64,000 nucleotides of DNA from a virus (taxonomy: Duplodnaviria; Heunggongvirae; Uroviricota; Caudoviricetes), in IMG/VR virus record IMGVR_UViG_3300028888_000051, positions 35,384-99,383 of that record, one strand, 5' to 3'. This document shows, in pieces, positions 19,559-29,563 of the stretch. Numbering within the stretch: the stretch's first letter is position 1; the number at the start of each line of letters is the position of its first letter. A program made the translations under genes and the position numbers. Under the pieces are notes generated by a model. It saw nothing but the letters and a program-made list of their open reading frames with translations, was not told the DNA's origin and did no database searches.

Positions 19559-20254
19559 ATGAATAAAGAGTTTTGTAAAGAAATAGAAGAAATGTTTGCA
19601 GATATAGATGATCCTTTTGAAAGAGCTCGATTAATAAAAAATGAAAAAACACGACGCTGGAAATTAGCTAATAAAGAAAAAGTCTTAACTGCACGTAAAA
19701 GATATTGTCTAAAGTATCCTGAAAAAATAAAACAAGAAAATGCAAAATTTAGAAATAATAATCCAGATTATAAAAAAGAATATTATCAAGCTCATAAGAA
19801 AGAAGCTTCTGAATGGTGGGATAATAGAAGCAAAGAACAAAAAGAAGCAAAAGCTGAATACAATCGTAAATGGAAGAATGATAGATATGCCAATAATATA
19901 GGATATAAGTTAAGATGTATTATATCTACAGCCGTAAGAAGATCTTTAATAAGTGAAAAAGATGATAGTATACGTAATATATTAGGATATAGTATTCAAG
20001 AGCTCAAAGAACATTTAGAAAGTCAATTTGAAGATTGGATGACTTGGGATAATATTGGCTTAACTGCTAAAGCTTTAAAAGAAACTTGGCAAATAGATCA
20101 TATAAGACCTATAAATACTTTTAACATTACTGATGTATATTGTGAAGATTTTAAAAAATGCTGGGCATTAGAGAACTTAAGACCTTTAGATTCATATATA
20201 AATGCAACTAGACCAAGTGATGGTTCAGATATTAAAGGAGATTGTCATGCGTAA
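19559..20254 (+). CDS. HNH-family endonuclease
   Basis: LGYSIQELKEHLESQF...MTWDN.G...WQIDHIRP...CWALENLRPL...N; basic repeat N-terminus. Confidence 0.75.
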   Translation: MNKEFCKEIEEMFADIDDPFERARLIKNEKTRRWKLANKEKVLTARKRYCLKYPEKIKQENAKFRNNNPDYKKEYYQAHKKEASEWWDNRSKEQKEAKAEYNRKWKNDRYANNIGYKLRCIISTAVRRSLISEKDDSIRNILGYSIQELKEHLESQFEDWMTWDNIGLTAKALKETWQIDHIRPINTFNITDVYCEDFKKCWALENLRPLDSYINATRPSDGSDIKGDCHA

Positions 20255-21266
20255 AATAGAAGATAAGTTGTGTTTATATTGTGGTAAATTATTTCATCCT
20301 GCTAGAAAGACTAGAGAATTTTGTTCACGTGAATGTAATATTGCATACCGAAAAGAACATGAAGGATATGTTGTCTCACCAGAAACTAGACAGAAGATGA
20401 GCAATAGTCATACTGGAAAAACACGTATACCTAAGCAATTAAAATGTTTAACTAGAGAAAGAATAACACAATTAAAGAATACTAAAATGTTTGGTATATC
20501 TAAATATCGTCTATTAGAATTCTGTGTTTTATCTGATTTTCCTGGTACAAAGAAATGGCCTGCAGATCATCCAATATGGGACTGTAATGTAGCAGGTAAA
20601 TTATCACCAAAAGAAGCTTGGAATGATCCTAATTATCTTATTAAAGCTATAGATAATCTTTACTATATGTTAAATAAAGATCTATTCAATGATTCTAACT
20701 GGGTAATGAAAGTACAAGAAGCTCTTCTTAATATGGATAATAAGATATTAGAAGTTGTTTTATATCGTTTTACTATAGCTAAGATAGCTCCAAAAGTAAC
20801 AGCTTTTATGCCTTCAGCTTTTGAAAGGATACTCAAAGAAAGTGGTAAAGATATTTCTAAAGGTATATATTGTCCTATGGCTGGATTTGGTGGAATAGTG
20901 GAAGGAGCCAAAAGATATTACGAAAAGAATAATATACATGCTGATATAGAGGCGTATGATATAAATCCTATATTTTGTAAATATTATGGTTGGGCTCAGC
21001 GGGATGTATTAGCACAGCATATAAAAACAGATAAAATTGTATTTGTATGTCCACCTTTTGGTCCTAATACAGAAAGATGGAAGGGTACACCGGATACTAT
21101 GTATTATGACTTTGAAGAATGGGTAGAGCTCATTAAGAAATATATAGATGCTCCAGATTATATATTTGTTGGTCCAGAAATAACAGAAGAAGAAAGTAAA
21201 AAGAAAAATGGATTATTTGCTAAAAAATATGGCATTCAATATTACGATACTTATTTCAGTGCTTAG
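20247..21266 (+). CDS. Zinc-finger/NUMOD3 domain fused to an amino-DNA methyltransferase-like domain
   Basis: CLYCGK.F...FCSREC, SPETRQKMSNSHTGK; SAM motif CPMAGFGG, AYDIN, catalytic-like CPPF; start after AAGGAG. Confidence 0.65.
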   Translation: MRKIEDKLCLYCGKLFHPARKTREFCSRECNIAYRKEHEGYVVSPETRQKMSNSHTGKTRIPKQLKCLTRERITQLKNTKMFGISKYRLLEFCVLSDFPGTKKWPADHPIWDCNVAGKLSPKEAWNDPNYLIKAIDNLYYMLNKDLFNDSNWVMKVQEALLNMDNKILEVVLYRFTIAKIAPKVTAFMPSAFERILKESGKDISKGIYCPMAGFGGIVEGAKRYYEKNNIHADIEAYDINPIFCKYYGWAQRDVLAQHIKTDKIVFVCPPFGPNTERWKGTPDTMYYDFEEWVELIKKYIDAPDYIFVGPEITEEESKKKNGLFAKKYGIQYYDTYFSA

Positions 21267-21603
21267 TTTGTTTTTTTTTGTCTATAGCCATTTATACTTA
21301 CCCCTTATAAAAACAGAGACCAAATGACGTAAAATCAATAGCTTATAAATTTACTAATTTTTAGACAAAAACTTCTTGAGTAAATAAAAAAAGAGCTAGA
21401 CTATTTAATTAATCTAACTCTTGGACTTTAAATCATAAAATATTCAATTATATTTATATAGTATGTTTTTGTATTTGTAAAATCATTTTCTTTTAGTCTA
21501 AAAATTAGAGTTCTATATATACATATATATTAGCACACAGACGCTAGTTAATATATATGTTCCTTGTGTTAGCGTCTAATAAATTTTATAAGGAATGATT
21601 ACT

Positions 21604-21963
21604 ATGACAACTAAAATTGTTGCTTCTGGTAAAGTAGTTGATACAGAAGATTTGAAAATTGTTGCTGAAGTTGCTGCTGTTTATGCAGATGATGAGTCTG
21701 GTTCTAATTCTGGATCAGGTGTAGCTGAAAAGCACATTGTTTCTTTACGCGTTAAGCAATTTAATGCAGACGAAATGCCAGCTGATGTTATGAATTATGC
21801 AGCTATTGCAGAATTAGCTGGTGGTGATATGGTTGTTCCTGGTGTAGCTGGAAATGATGATGTTACATTGGAAGAGCCTGTTGCAGTTAAAGCTAATAAA
21901 ATGAAAGCTTTTATGTATAAAGGTGCTGCTAATATAATTTGTAACTTACGTTATGAATTTTAG
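21604..21963 (+). CDS. Small acidic late protein, putative virion (head decoration-type) protein
   Basis: GTTCTAT at 21510; RBS context AAGGAATGAT..CTATG shared with the capsid gene; capsid-like codon bias. Confidence 0.5.
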   Translation: MTTKIVASGKVVDTEDLKIVAEVAAVYADDESGSNSGSGVAEKHIVSLRVKQFNADEMPADVMNYAAIAELAGGDMVVPGVAGNDDVTLEEPVAVKANKMKAFMYKGAANIICNLRYEF

Positions 21964-22008
21964 TAGTTCTATAATTAGTTAGTTTAATCTAACATATATT
22001 ATTATAAA

Positions 22009-22055
22009 AAAGACGTACTGCTTTATTTCCTTTCACAGTACGTCTTTATTTTTTT
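22009..22055. terminator. Bidirectional terminator with a 15-nt loop
   Basis: 12-bp stem AAAGACGTACTG/CAGTACGTCTTT flanked by A and T tracts between convergent genes. Confidence 0.8.
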
Positions 22056-22068
22056 GGAGATTTATAAA

Positions 22069-22413
22069 TTAATTATAACCATCATTTTCTATATCATAAG
22101 TATTAAATGGATCATCATCGTCATATGAATCATAGTCTTCTTCTTCATCATCATCTTCATCATATTTATATCCATCTAAATCATCAAGATCAATGCGTTC
22201 TGAAGAAGGATATAAAATAAGTATACCACCTTCACAGCCATATGAGGTATCACCTGTTGGATCGAAAGTATTAAAGTTATTTCCTTCTTCGTCACTAGAC
22301 ATTACTACGGGAATATCTCCTTCTTTTTCTAGTAAATCCTGCAGGTTTTCGATTAATGTAGAAAGTTTAGCTGTTTTAATAGTAACACTCATTTTATATT
22401 TCTCCAAAAGCAA
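22069..22413 (-). CDS. Hypothetical protein with an acidic tail
   Basis: LIENLQ....EGDIPVVMSSDEEGN; D/E-rich C-terminus. Confidence 0.65.
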   Translation of the reverse strand: MLLEKYKMSVTIKTAKLSTLIENLQDLLEKEGDIPVVMSSDEEGNNFNTFDPTGDTSYGCEGGILILYPSSERIDLDDLDGYKYDEDDDEEEDYDSYDDDDPFNTYDIENDGYN

Positions 22414-22508
22414 GGTTATATAACATATTAAAATTTAAAAGTAAATAACTTTTTGTAATAACATTGAACTATTTTTGTTTTAAATTCTACTAAAATAATT
22501 TTCCATTT

Positions 22509-22874
22509 CTATACATTAACTTTTATTTTTCTATCTACCGTTATATTAACTATACCTTTTGGATAGTCTTTGCCATAAGCTTCGTATAAGTCAGTATATA
22601 GATGTTGTATGAGTCTTACATGATCTTTAGTTAAATGCATATATTGTTCTTTTTCTATATCAACGCCAGTATATATAATAAATTTATAATATGCTTTAGT
22701 CATAGCTTCTAGCATTTCATCTGGGTCTGAATGATTATAATAGCGTCCAATAGGATGTACACACATCATATTCCAAATACCAGACTGCTGAACAGCCATA
22801 TAAGCCCAAAACATTTCTTTTGGAATAGCTGACATGTATATGAGATTTTTAAATTTATCATCTACTTCACTCAT
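22509..22874 (-). CDS. Hypothetical phage protein
   Basis: AYMAVQQSGIWNM motif; GTG start with GGAG SD. Confidence 0.65.
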   Translation of the reverse strand: MSEVDDKFKNLIYMSAIPKEMFWAYMAVQQSGIWNMMCVHPIGRYYNHSDPDEMLEAMTKAYYKFIIYTGVDIEKEQYMHLTKDHVRLIQHLYTDLYEAYGKDYPKGIVNITVDRKIKVNV

Positions 22875-23224
22875 CTCTGTTCTCCTTCGACTAATTTATT
22901 CATTACAAAATATGTTTCTATTTCATTTTCAGTCATATAGAATAAAGTATTTTCATCATATAGACAATCATTAGGGAATCTATGTAATGCTAAACCTCTG
23001 CTTTCAAATACTTTTTGCATATCTCTAAGTATATCTAGAGCTAATTCTTTAAATGCATATGGAAAGTGAAATTGCCAATGACCTTTATTATCATATAAAG
23101 GCTGAGCTACTTCACCTGTTTCAGCAATTATATTTTCTAAAAGAATACTCAAAGTCTTTTTTAATTTAGGCTTTTGCCGAAGTCTTGCCATTGCATCTAA
23201 TCTTCTTTTAGTTAAATCAGTCAT
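22871..23224 (-). CDS. Small protein, C-terminal-motif family (distant)
   Basis: Ends IETYFVMNKLVEG. Confidence 0.6.
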   Translation of the reverse strand: MTDLTKRRLDAMARLRQKPKLKKTLSILLENIIAETGEVAQPLYDNKGHWQFHFPYAFKELALDILRDMQKVFESRGLALHRFPNDCLYDENTLFYMTENEIETYFVMNKLVEGEQR

Positions 23225-23244
23225 TGTTATTCACCCCCTTTATG

Positions 23245-23520
23245 TTAATTTGATAGTTTATTACATATATAGAAATCAGTAAAGTCTTTATGACTCATTT
23301 TAAATATGTGTTTAGTTTCTTCATATGGAATACCATATAAATCAGCATTAGTTTTAATAAGAGTAATAAAAAGATTTTGTGGATCTTTCTCATTAATACT
23401 TTTATATATAATAAGTTCTTTATCTGTTACACGTAGTATTCCACCTTCTTCTAAATTTTGTGCAATACTAGTTGTCAGATTGGCTATTTGTTCCATCTCT
23501 TGAGTTGTTAATCGTGTCAT
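23245..23520 (-). CDS. Small protein, C-terminal-motif family (distant)
   Basis: GGAGG SD; ends FTDFYICNKLSN. Confidence 0.6.
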   Translation of the reverse strand: MTRLTTQEMEQIANLTTSIAQNLEEGGILRVTDKELIIYKSINEKDPQNLFITLIKTNADLYGIPYEETKHIFKMSHKDFTDFYICNKLSN

Positions 23521-23800
23521 TGTTAACCTCCTTTTGAGTCATTGCATGAAGAATGTATGGAATTAATTCCACAGTATAATCGGTTATATGAGGAGCAAAG
23601 AGTTCAAATTCCTCTTTTGTTACACCTCTTTCTGGTAATCTATTCTTAAACTTTTGAAGGAGAACCTGAAATTTCTGAGCACTATCTGAAGTCTTATTAA
23701 GACAAGCATTAGCTAAATCAGAAAATTCAGTATAATTATTATCAATTATATTTCTAGCTTCTTCAATAAAAATATTACCAATTTCTTCTATAGTCTTCAT
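23468..23800 (-). CDS. Hypothetical phage protein
   Basis: AAGGAG SD. Confidence 0.6.
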   Translation of the reverse strand: MKTIEEIGNIFIEEARNIIDNNYTEFSDLANACLNKTSDSAQKFQVLLQKFKNRLPERGVTKEEFELFAPHITDYTVELIPYILHAMTQKEVNNDTINNSRDGTNSQSDN

Positions 23801-23810
23801 TTATATCTCC

Positions 23811-24053
23811 TTATACATTTGTAGCTATAATTTCTGTTTCTGTTTCTCCATTCTTATAGTTAGGATAGAGTTTTACAAAAACAATTTTATGTGTTTTATA
23901 TTCTTTGATTAATTCATCATATTTGGTTTTACCTTCTTTTAAACCATCTATAATTGTTTTTACTGTATTACTATTAGTATCGATTTTAGATACCGTATAG
24001 AATTCAAATTTTTTATTAGTATTTAGATCTTCAACTATATATTTACAAGTCAT
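23811..24053 (-). CDS. Hypothetical phage protein
   Basis: AAGGAG SD. Confidence 0.6.
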   Translation of the reverse strand: MTCKYIVEDLNTNKKFEFYTVSKIDTNSNTVKTIIDGLKEGKTKYDELIKEYKTHKIVFVKLYPNYKNGETETEIIATNV

Positions 24054-24125
24054 TATGAATCTCCTTACTAAAAAGATTAGATAGAGTAGAGAGGATAACT
24101 ATTATTACCCTCTCTATATTATATA

Positions 24126-24257
24126 TTATTCATAGATGATATCAAAAATACTTGGACCATTAGCCGCACGTAATTGATTCATAGCTTTAATTGCATCTTC
24201 CATTGTTAAATATGGTTGAGGTAATTTAACACCATTCATTACTATATAACACATCAT
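24126..24257 (-). CDS. Small hypothetical protein (43 aa, not in the ORF track)
   Basis: AAAGGAG SD then MMCYIVMNGVKLPQPYLTMEDAIKAMNQLRAANGPSIFDIIYE. Confidence 0.55.
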   Translation of the reverse strand: MMCYIVMNGVKLPQPYLTMEDAIKAMNQLRAANGPSIFDIIYE

Positions 24258-24403
24258 GATTAATCTCCTTTACTAAAATATTGAAACAAAAGATAAAATT
24301 TAATTTTATTTACGCTTTCCACCATTTTTAATTTTCTTTAAGCCTGCTAAAAAAGATGTACGTGTTGATTTTGCCATAGTTGTTACTCCTTTCTGTTAAT
24401 AAA

Positions 24404-24688
24404 TTAATCTAAATGATCTTCGACATATTCATGATTTGGATCATATTCACAATAATCAAAAGCCTTTTTAGAACATCTAACAAGTTCAGAATCAGGTAAA
24501 CCCATATCAATAGGTTTAACTATTGGATGAAAATTATCATGCTTTTCATCATAATATACATTTTTCATCATAGGCATAAGAATCATTTGGGTTTTAGTAA
24601 TACGTAAGATTTTATAAAATTCATATATAATCATACTCCATCCTACTTGTTTAACTACTATATCACCAACATTAACAGACTGTAACAT
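24404..24688 (-). CDS. Hypothetical phage protein
   Basis: GGAGG SD; VGDI....GWSM...EFYKI. Confidence 0.65.
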   Translation of the reverse strand: MLQSVNVGDIVVKQVGWSMIIYEFYKILRITKTQMILMPMMKNVYYDEKHDNFHPIVKPIDMGLPDSELVRCSKKAFDYCEYDPNHEYVEDHLD

Positions 24689-25228
24689 TTATACCTCCTC
24701 TACTATAGGTTGATATGTTTGATAACCTTCAAAAAGTTTTTCAACTTCTTCTTTGGTTTCTGCTGTAAATCTTTTTGCTAAAAATTTATCATAAACAGGC
24801 CAAACATGTCTTGATGATTTCTTTTTAATATAATTTCTTGATCCACAAAATAACATAGATACAACAAATGTCTTTTTAACTACTTTAGTTTGAGTCTTTT
24901 TATATTCAATAAACTCACGTGCATACTGTAACCATAAATCTTTATCTTTACTATGTGTCCACCAGTCATAATTTCTTTCTTTCATAAACTTGTTAGCAAG
25001 TGTAACATTTTTTCTCCAAGATGCTGAATAGAATCTATCACCAGAACCTGTAGAATATAATTCAAATACAGCTCTTAATTCATCATTATTTGCTGTTGGA
25101 AATTCTTTACTAAAATAAGTCATATGATAACGTGACCAATCTTTAGGAAAAACATTACTTGATGCACATATACAATCGAATGTACCATCAGGTAATTGTT
25201 TAATAGATTTATAAATTTCGTAACTCAT
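24689..25228 (-). CDS. Hypothetical phage protein
   Basis: Start moved to MSYEIY after the GAAAGGA SD. Confidence 0.65.
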   Translation of the reverse strand: MSYEIYKSIKQLPDGTFDCICASSNVFPKDWSRYHMTYFSKEFPTANNDELRAVFELYSTGSGDRFYSASWRKNVTLANKFMKERNYDWWTHSKDKDLWLQYAREFIEYKKTQTKVVKKTFVVSMLFCGSRNYIKKKSSRHVWPVYDKFLAKRFTAETKEEVEKLFEGYQTYQPIVEEV

Positions 25229-25274
25229 ATTTCTGTTCCTTTCATTCTGTTGTGGTTGTGAGGGAGAACCAGGC

Positions 25275-25553
25275 TTACTCATATATAGTTGAGATTACCC
25301 AGTTCTTTGTATATTTGTTTGGGTTATATAAAAGAAAGCATATCCATTCATGTGTATCCTTATTTGTTAAATTTAAGGTGTCACTAGCATCTGCTTTATT
25401 TCCATATTCCCATTGATTAACAATATACTGACCTTTCTTTATAATCAATCCTTTTGGATATATGTCTTTGCCAGGCTTTACATCTTTAGGTATTGTAACT
25501 ATAGCACGTATTTCTGTCATAGCTTTATTCCTTTTAGATACATGTTGATTCAA
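25275..25553 (-). CDS. Hypothetical phage protein
   Basis: Part of the coupled early-type run; likely internal start. Confidence 0.5.
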   Translation of the reverse strand: MNQHVSKRNKAMTEIRAIVTIPKDVKPGKDIYPKGLIIKKGQYIVNQWEYGNKADASDTLNLTNKDTHEWICFLLYNPNKYTKNWVISTIYE

Positions 25554-25761
25554 TTAGTTTATAATCTATTTGTCTTACTACAAAACCTCGTGGACCAAAC
25601 TTATCAGTAATTCTTTTAAGTTCAGCTTCAGCTTGTTTCTTTGTAGTATAACCACCATAGATATTATTTAAGTCTATTTGACAAAAATTATCTTCATAAC
25701 ATAAGACCCATACTTTTTTAGACATCATTAGATTCCTTTCATTATCTATTAATAAAATCAA
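25534..25761 (-). CDS. Hypothetical phage protein
   Basis: GAAAGGA SD before MMSKKVW. Confidence 0.55.
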   Translation of the reverse strand: MILLIDNERNLMMSKKVWVLCYEDNFCQIDLNNIYGGYTTKKQAEAELKRITDKFGPRGFVVRQIDYKLIESTCI

Positions 25762-25963
25762 ATACTTCTTCTTTAGCTTTATCTAAAGTATTACAGAAAT
25801 ATTCATCTGTACTGATTTCAAAATTATCTTCGATAGTTAACGTATCTATATAATCTAGAAATTTTTGTTGATCATCTGCATTAGAAAATGTCCAAGTTGC
25901 ATCATTATCTGGATTACCATTACAATCTAATTCAGTAACAGTAACTGTAAAGATTTTATTCAT
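25742..25963 (-). CDS. Hypothetical phage protein
   Basis: AAGGAG SD. Confidence 0.6.
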   Translation of the reverse strand: MNKIFTVTVTELDCNGNPDNDATWTFSNADDQQKFLDYIDTLTIEDNFEISTDEYFCNTLDKAKEEVFDFINR

Positions 25964-26375
25964 GTCCTAACTCCTTCCAATGTTTAATTACCCAAGAAGC
26001 ATTTTGATTAATGTCTTTAGCTAATGCTTCAAAATTAGTTGTTTCATATATGCAGTATTCACAATCATCACATACATCTCCATTATCAGGATTATATGGA
26101 AGATTAAAATCTACATCATAATCACATTGCATCATACTATTAGATGGTTGATAACCTACTTTAACAGCAAGTCTCCAAGTATCATCTTGATATTTATCTT
26201 TATCAGGATCATTCTTATCAAAACCATCTGTCCAACCTAAGACAATACTTATGTCTTTATTGTCATCAGTATTAGCATATACTTTCCAATGATAACAACC
26301 ACCTTGTTCTTTAGTAGAAGCAAGATAGTCTGCAGCTTTTTTAAGTTCAGTTGCTGTTACATATAATTTAGTCAT
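25956..26375 (-). CDS. Hypothetical phage protein
   Basis: AAGGAGG SD; MQCDYDVDFNLPY motif. Confidence 0.7.
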   Translation of the reverse strand: MTKLYVTATELKKAADYLASTKEQGGCYHWKVYANTDDNKDISIVLGWTDGFDKNDPDKDKYQDDTWRLAVKVGYQPSNSMMQCDYDVDFNLPYNPDNGDVCDDCEYCIYETTNFEALAKDINQNASWVIKHWKELGHE

Positions 26376-26385
26376 TATTACCTCC

Positions 26386-27231
26386 TTACAAAATATCTTT
26401 AGTTTGGATTTTAAATTCTAATGGATTACAACAATTTTCATTAAGTTTGTTTGTAATGGCATCAAATACAGTATCTATAGATAATCTATTTGCATTTAAT
26501 ATTTCTCTAAATTTACCATCAAACATTTCATTAAAAATTTCTTCTTTAAATTTAACTAATGTTTTTAATAATTCAGATCTAAATTTATCTTCTGCTTTAA
26601 GAGTCAGAGCAATTGTATTACCTCCATCACTAAGTGTTGCTAAATCACTAAAAGAATATTTATTTAGTCCAACAAACTTTAAATCATTTTCTAAAGATGC
26701 TGCATACATTGTATTAAATACTTTTAGCTTATAATCATTTCTCAAAGCAGGTTCAGGATATTTTTCTGTAGGAATATATTTTACAGAATCTTTTAGAATA
26801 GCAAATGTTTTAAAATGTTTACGTTTATTTCTTTCATTATTAAATGATGATGTACCAAGACCAAATCTTTTGGTATTATAAAAATTAAGTACTTCTGGAT
26901 AATCATTTCTAGCTAAATAAATATTTGCATATTTTACAAAACTATCTATTGTACCTGTATTATTTTGATAGCAAGCATTAGTAACTGCTTCCCAACAATA
27001 AGAAAACAAATTAACTTCAACTACTTCATATTCGAAAACATCACATTCATCTCTATTTACTTTTTCAATATCCTCTTTATCAATAACAAAAGCTCTTTTT
27101 GAATATGATATATCATTACTAAATACTTGTGATACTGTACCTTCTAAAGTATATAGACTACCAATATCATTACATAAAGCATCTTTACGTATATTTACAT
27201 AATATTTTTTTCTAGTATTCATATCTAACAT
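26386..27231 (-). CDS. Hypothetical phage protein
   Basis: 281 aa, AAAGGAG SD. Confidence 0.7.
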   Translation of the reverse strand: MLDMNTRKKYYVNIRKDALCNDIGSLYTLEGTVSQVFSNDISYSKRAFVIDKEDIEKVNRDECDVFEYEVVEVNLFSYCWEAVTNACYQNNTGTIDSFVKYANIYLARNDYPEVLNFYNTKRFGLGTSSFNNERNKRKHFKTFAILKDSVKYIPTEKYPEPALRNDYKLKVFNTMYAASLENDLKFVGLNKYSFSDLATLSDGGNTIALTLKAEDKFRSELLKTLVKFKEEIFNEMFDGKFREILNANRLSIDTVFDAITNKLNENCCNPLEFKIQTKDIL

Positions 27232-27542
27232 ATTATATCTCCTTTCAATTTATAAAAAGTCACAAGTGATTCAAGTTGTTCATCAGTAATAACAATAACA
27301 TTACTTCCATATAAAGGAAGAAGTAAGCCACAATCATTTTTTATCACAGCTCTAAGCTCTCGTGTTTTAAGATCTTGATAAGCTCGACTACCACAATAAC
27401 CAGCACAAATCCAATTGATATCATCATTGGCATTTATTATATATCTGGTTTTAGGTGTAAAGATATCAGCTGTTACAAAAATACGTTTATAAATTATTTT
27501 TTTCATATTTTTATAAAGTAATGCTCTTTGATATTCTTTCAT
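27225..27542 (-). CDS. Small protein carrying the shared C-terminal motif
   Basis: Ends LESLVTFYKLKGDII. Confidence 0.6.
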   Translation of the reverse strand: MKEYQRALLYKNMKKIIYKRIFVTADIFTPKTRYIINANDDINWICAGYCGSRAYQDLKTRELRAVIKNDCGLLLPLYGSNVIVITDEQLESLVTFYKLKGDIIC

Positions 27543-27668
27543 GACTTAATCACCATCCTTTCTATAAAGTAGACTTTTTTTGACCGTAGAATAACATCTT
27601 TTAATTTCTTAGATAAACTATAAGGAAAATTAAATTCAGCTATTCTACGGTCATTTAATGAGATTTAT

Positions 27669-28073
27669 TTATGATTTTAGAGGTTGTTCTTTAAACATTA
27701 AAATGTCACCACCATCAATATTAAAATCATAAGACTGATTATATTTAGCGCAATTAACATAATTACTAAAGACTTTACCCATATTAGTAGTTTTACCAGT
27801 ATGTAATAACTTACCATTTGGACTAAAGACTTTAATTAAACCTTCTTTTTTATAGAAGAATTTAACATTCTGACGCGTAATTCTTATTGCTCCAGCAAAA
27901 TCATCTTGCTGAAGATCCTGGTCAACAGTTTGTGGTTGTACCGTATCTTCAACAAATTCAATTTTAAAGAAGTTACGTTGTGGTCCCATATTAGCTAAAC
28001 ATTCTTTAGCATCCTCTTCTTTATGGAAAGAAGCTTTAACAACTGAACCGTTTTTACGAATGACTTTATACAT
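27669..28073 (-). CDS. Hypothetical phage protein
   Basis: GAAAGGA SD, promoter at 28129. Confidence 0.7.
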   Translation of the reverse strand: MYKVIRKNGSVVKASFHKEEDAKECLANMGPQRNFFKIEFVEDTVQPQTVDQDLQQDDFAGAIRITRQNVKFFYKKEGLIKVFSPNGKLLHTGKTTNMGKVFSNYVNCAKYNQSYDFNIDGGDILMFKEQPLKS

Positions 28074-28137
28074 GATATTTTCCTTTCAAAAGTTAATGTT
28101 AAATTAAATAAACTATTTATTAGATAAAGTAAAACCA

Positions 28138-28641
28138 TTAATTGTTATCTTCAACAATCTCTGCTTCACTAAAATCTATAAGGGTTGTAGCCATAATACT
28201 TGCATTTTTAGTGGGTTTAACTCCTGTCAAATGCATATGTTTTTCAATTCTTGGTATCATAGTATCTAGTAGATACAGAGCTGCTTGACGTGCATCTACT
28301 ATTCTAATTGCTTTACCTCTGACACCAAGACCAGCTTCTTTTAATAAAGCTTTTAGACTAGGATCATTAACAAAGTTAAGATAAAAGTCTGCAGCTTTTT
28401 CTCTTTTTTCTTTCTTTAAAGCATTACGTATATTACTATACATATTCTTATAAATTTGTTTGGTTGTTTCAGAACATTGAGCTAAACGTTTGTTATGTTT
28501 AACATAATCATCCCAAGCTTCATTCAATATTCTTCTACACACTTCTCTACCATTATAATAAGTCATAAACCTATCATAATATTCTTCAGCATATTGCATA
28601 TAGTATTCAATATGTTCTTTAATTGACTTTCCTTCACTCAT
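28138..28641 (-). CDS. Hypothetical phage protein
   Basis: GAGGAG SD. Confidence 0.65.
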   Translation of the reverse strand: MSEGKSIKEHIEYYMQYAEEYYDRFMTYYNGREVCRRILNEAWDDYVKHNKRLAQCSETTKQIYKNMYSNIRNALKKEKREKAADFYLNFVNDPSLKALLKEAGLGVRGKAIRIVDARQAALYLLDTMIPRIEKHMHLTGVKPTKNASIMATTLIDFSEAEIVEDNN

Positions 28642-29488
28642 TGTTTATCTCCTCATTTAAAGCAGTTAAATCACAAGCTTTAATAATATTTATTTCAGTA
28701 GGTTCGATTTTCATGCATCTAACATTAATCAAATCTCCAATCTGTAAACAATTAATATTATTTTCATTTAGCTTTTTAACAATTATTTCATTAATAGCTG
28801 TTACTAAGAAATTTCTAAAGTCTTTAACAGATTTAAATCTAAAAGCTTTAGAGTAATCATTATAGTATAAGCCAAACTCATCCATAATTGTTTCAAGTGA
28901 TTGTTTTAAAAAGGTATCAAATATAGCTTGATTATTATCTTCAGTCTTATATTTTGCTAAACTTTTCTTTTCAGCATCTGTGTAATCAGTAATAAGACTA
29001 AAGTTTTCTTTTTGATAGACTTCTATTGAAGTAGTCCAATCATCAGGTAATTCATTTATTTTACTAAAATCTTTACTAGAGATTGCACTAAATGTAAGAT
29101 CTGATTTATATTTATTGTATTCTTTACCATAAGAAGTATATCTAATATATGTATTATTTTCTTTATTATATTTATCAATAAATATATCTTCTTTAATAAT
29201 TAGACAATTATTAAAGCTAAAATAGTTATACTGATTATTTTTGAGTGCATCTAATAAATCATTTTTAGTAATAACTAATTTTGTTACTACATTAGACATC
29301 CAATAAAACATTTCTACTTTAGATTTATGTGCATGGTCAACTATGTTTAATCTGCTTTTGAAAATATTCCAAAGATTATCAGTTGTTGGCCAATGTGCAT
29401 CTATTGAAGAATTATTATCACATGAACTATACGCTTTGTGTACAGTATCATAGTAAATTCGTTTACCTTTTTTAGTTTCAATATACAT
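28634..29488 (-). CDS. Hypothetical phage protein
   Basis: GAAAGGA SD; 284 aa. Confidence 0.7.
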   Translation of the reverse strand: MYIETKKGKRIYYDTVHKAYSSCDNNSSIDAHWPTTDNLWNIFKSRLNIVDHAHKSKVEMFYWMSNVVTKLVITKNDLLDALKNNQYNYFSFNNCLIIKEDIFIDKYNKENNTYIRYTSYGKEYNKYKSDLTFSAISSKDFSKINELPDDWTTSIEVYQKENFSLITDYTDAEKKSLAKYKTEDNNQAIFDTFLKQSLETIMDEFGLYYNDYSKAFRFKSVKDFRNFLVTAINEIIVKKLNENNINCLQIGDLINVRCMKIEPTEINIIKACDLTALNEEINNE

Positions 29489-29563
29489 AACTTATTCCTT
29501 TCATATCATGGTTAGTTTCTTGAAGGAGAACCGGCATACTTTTACATACGCCGGTTTTGTTAT

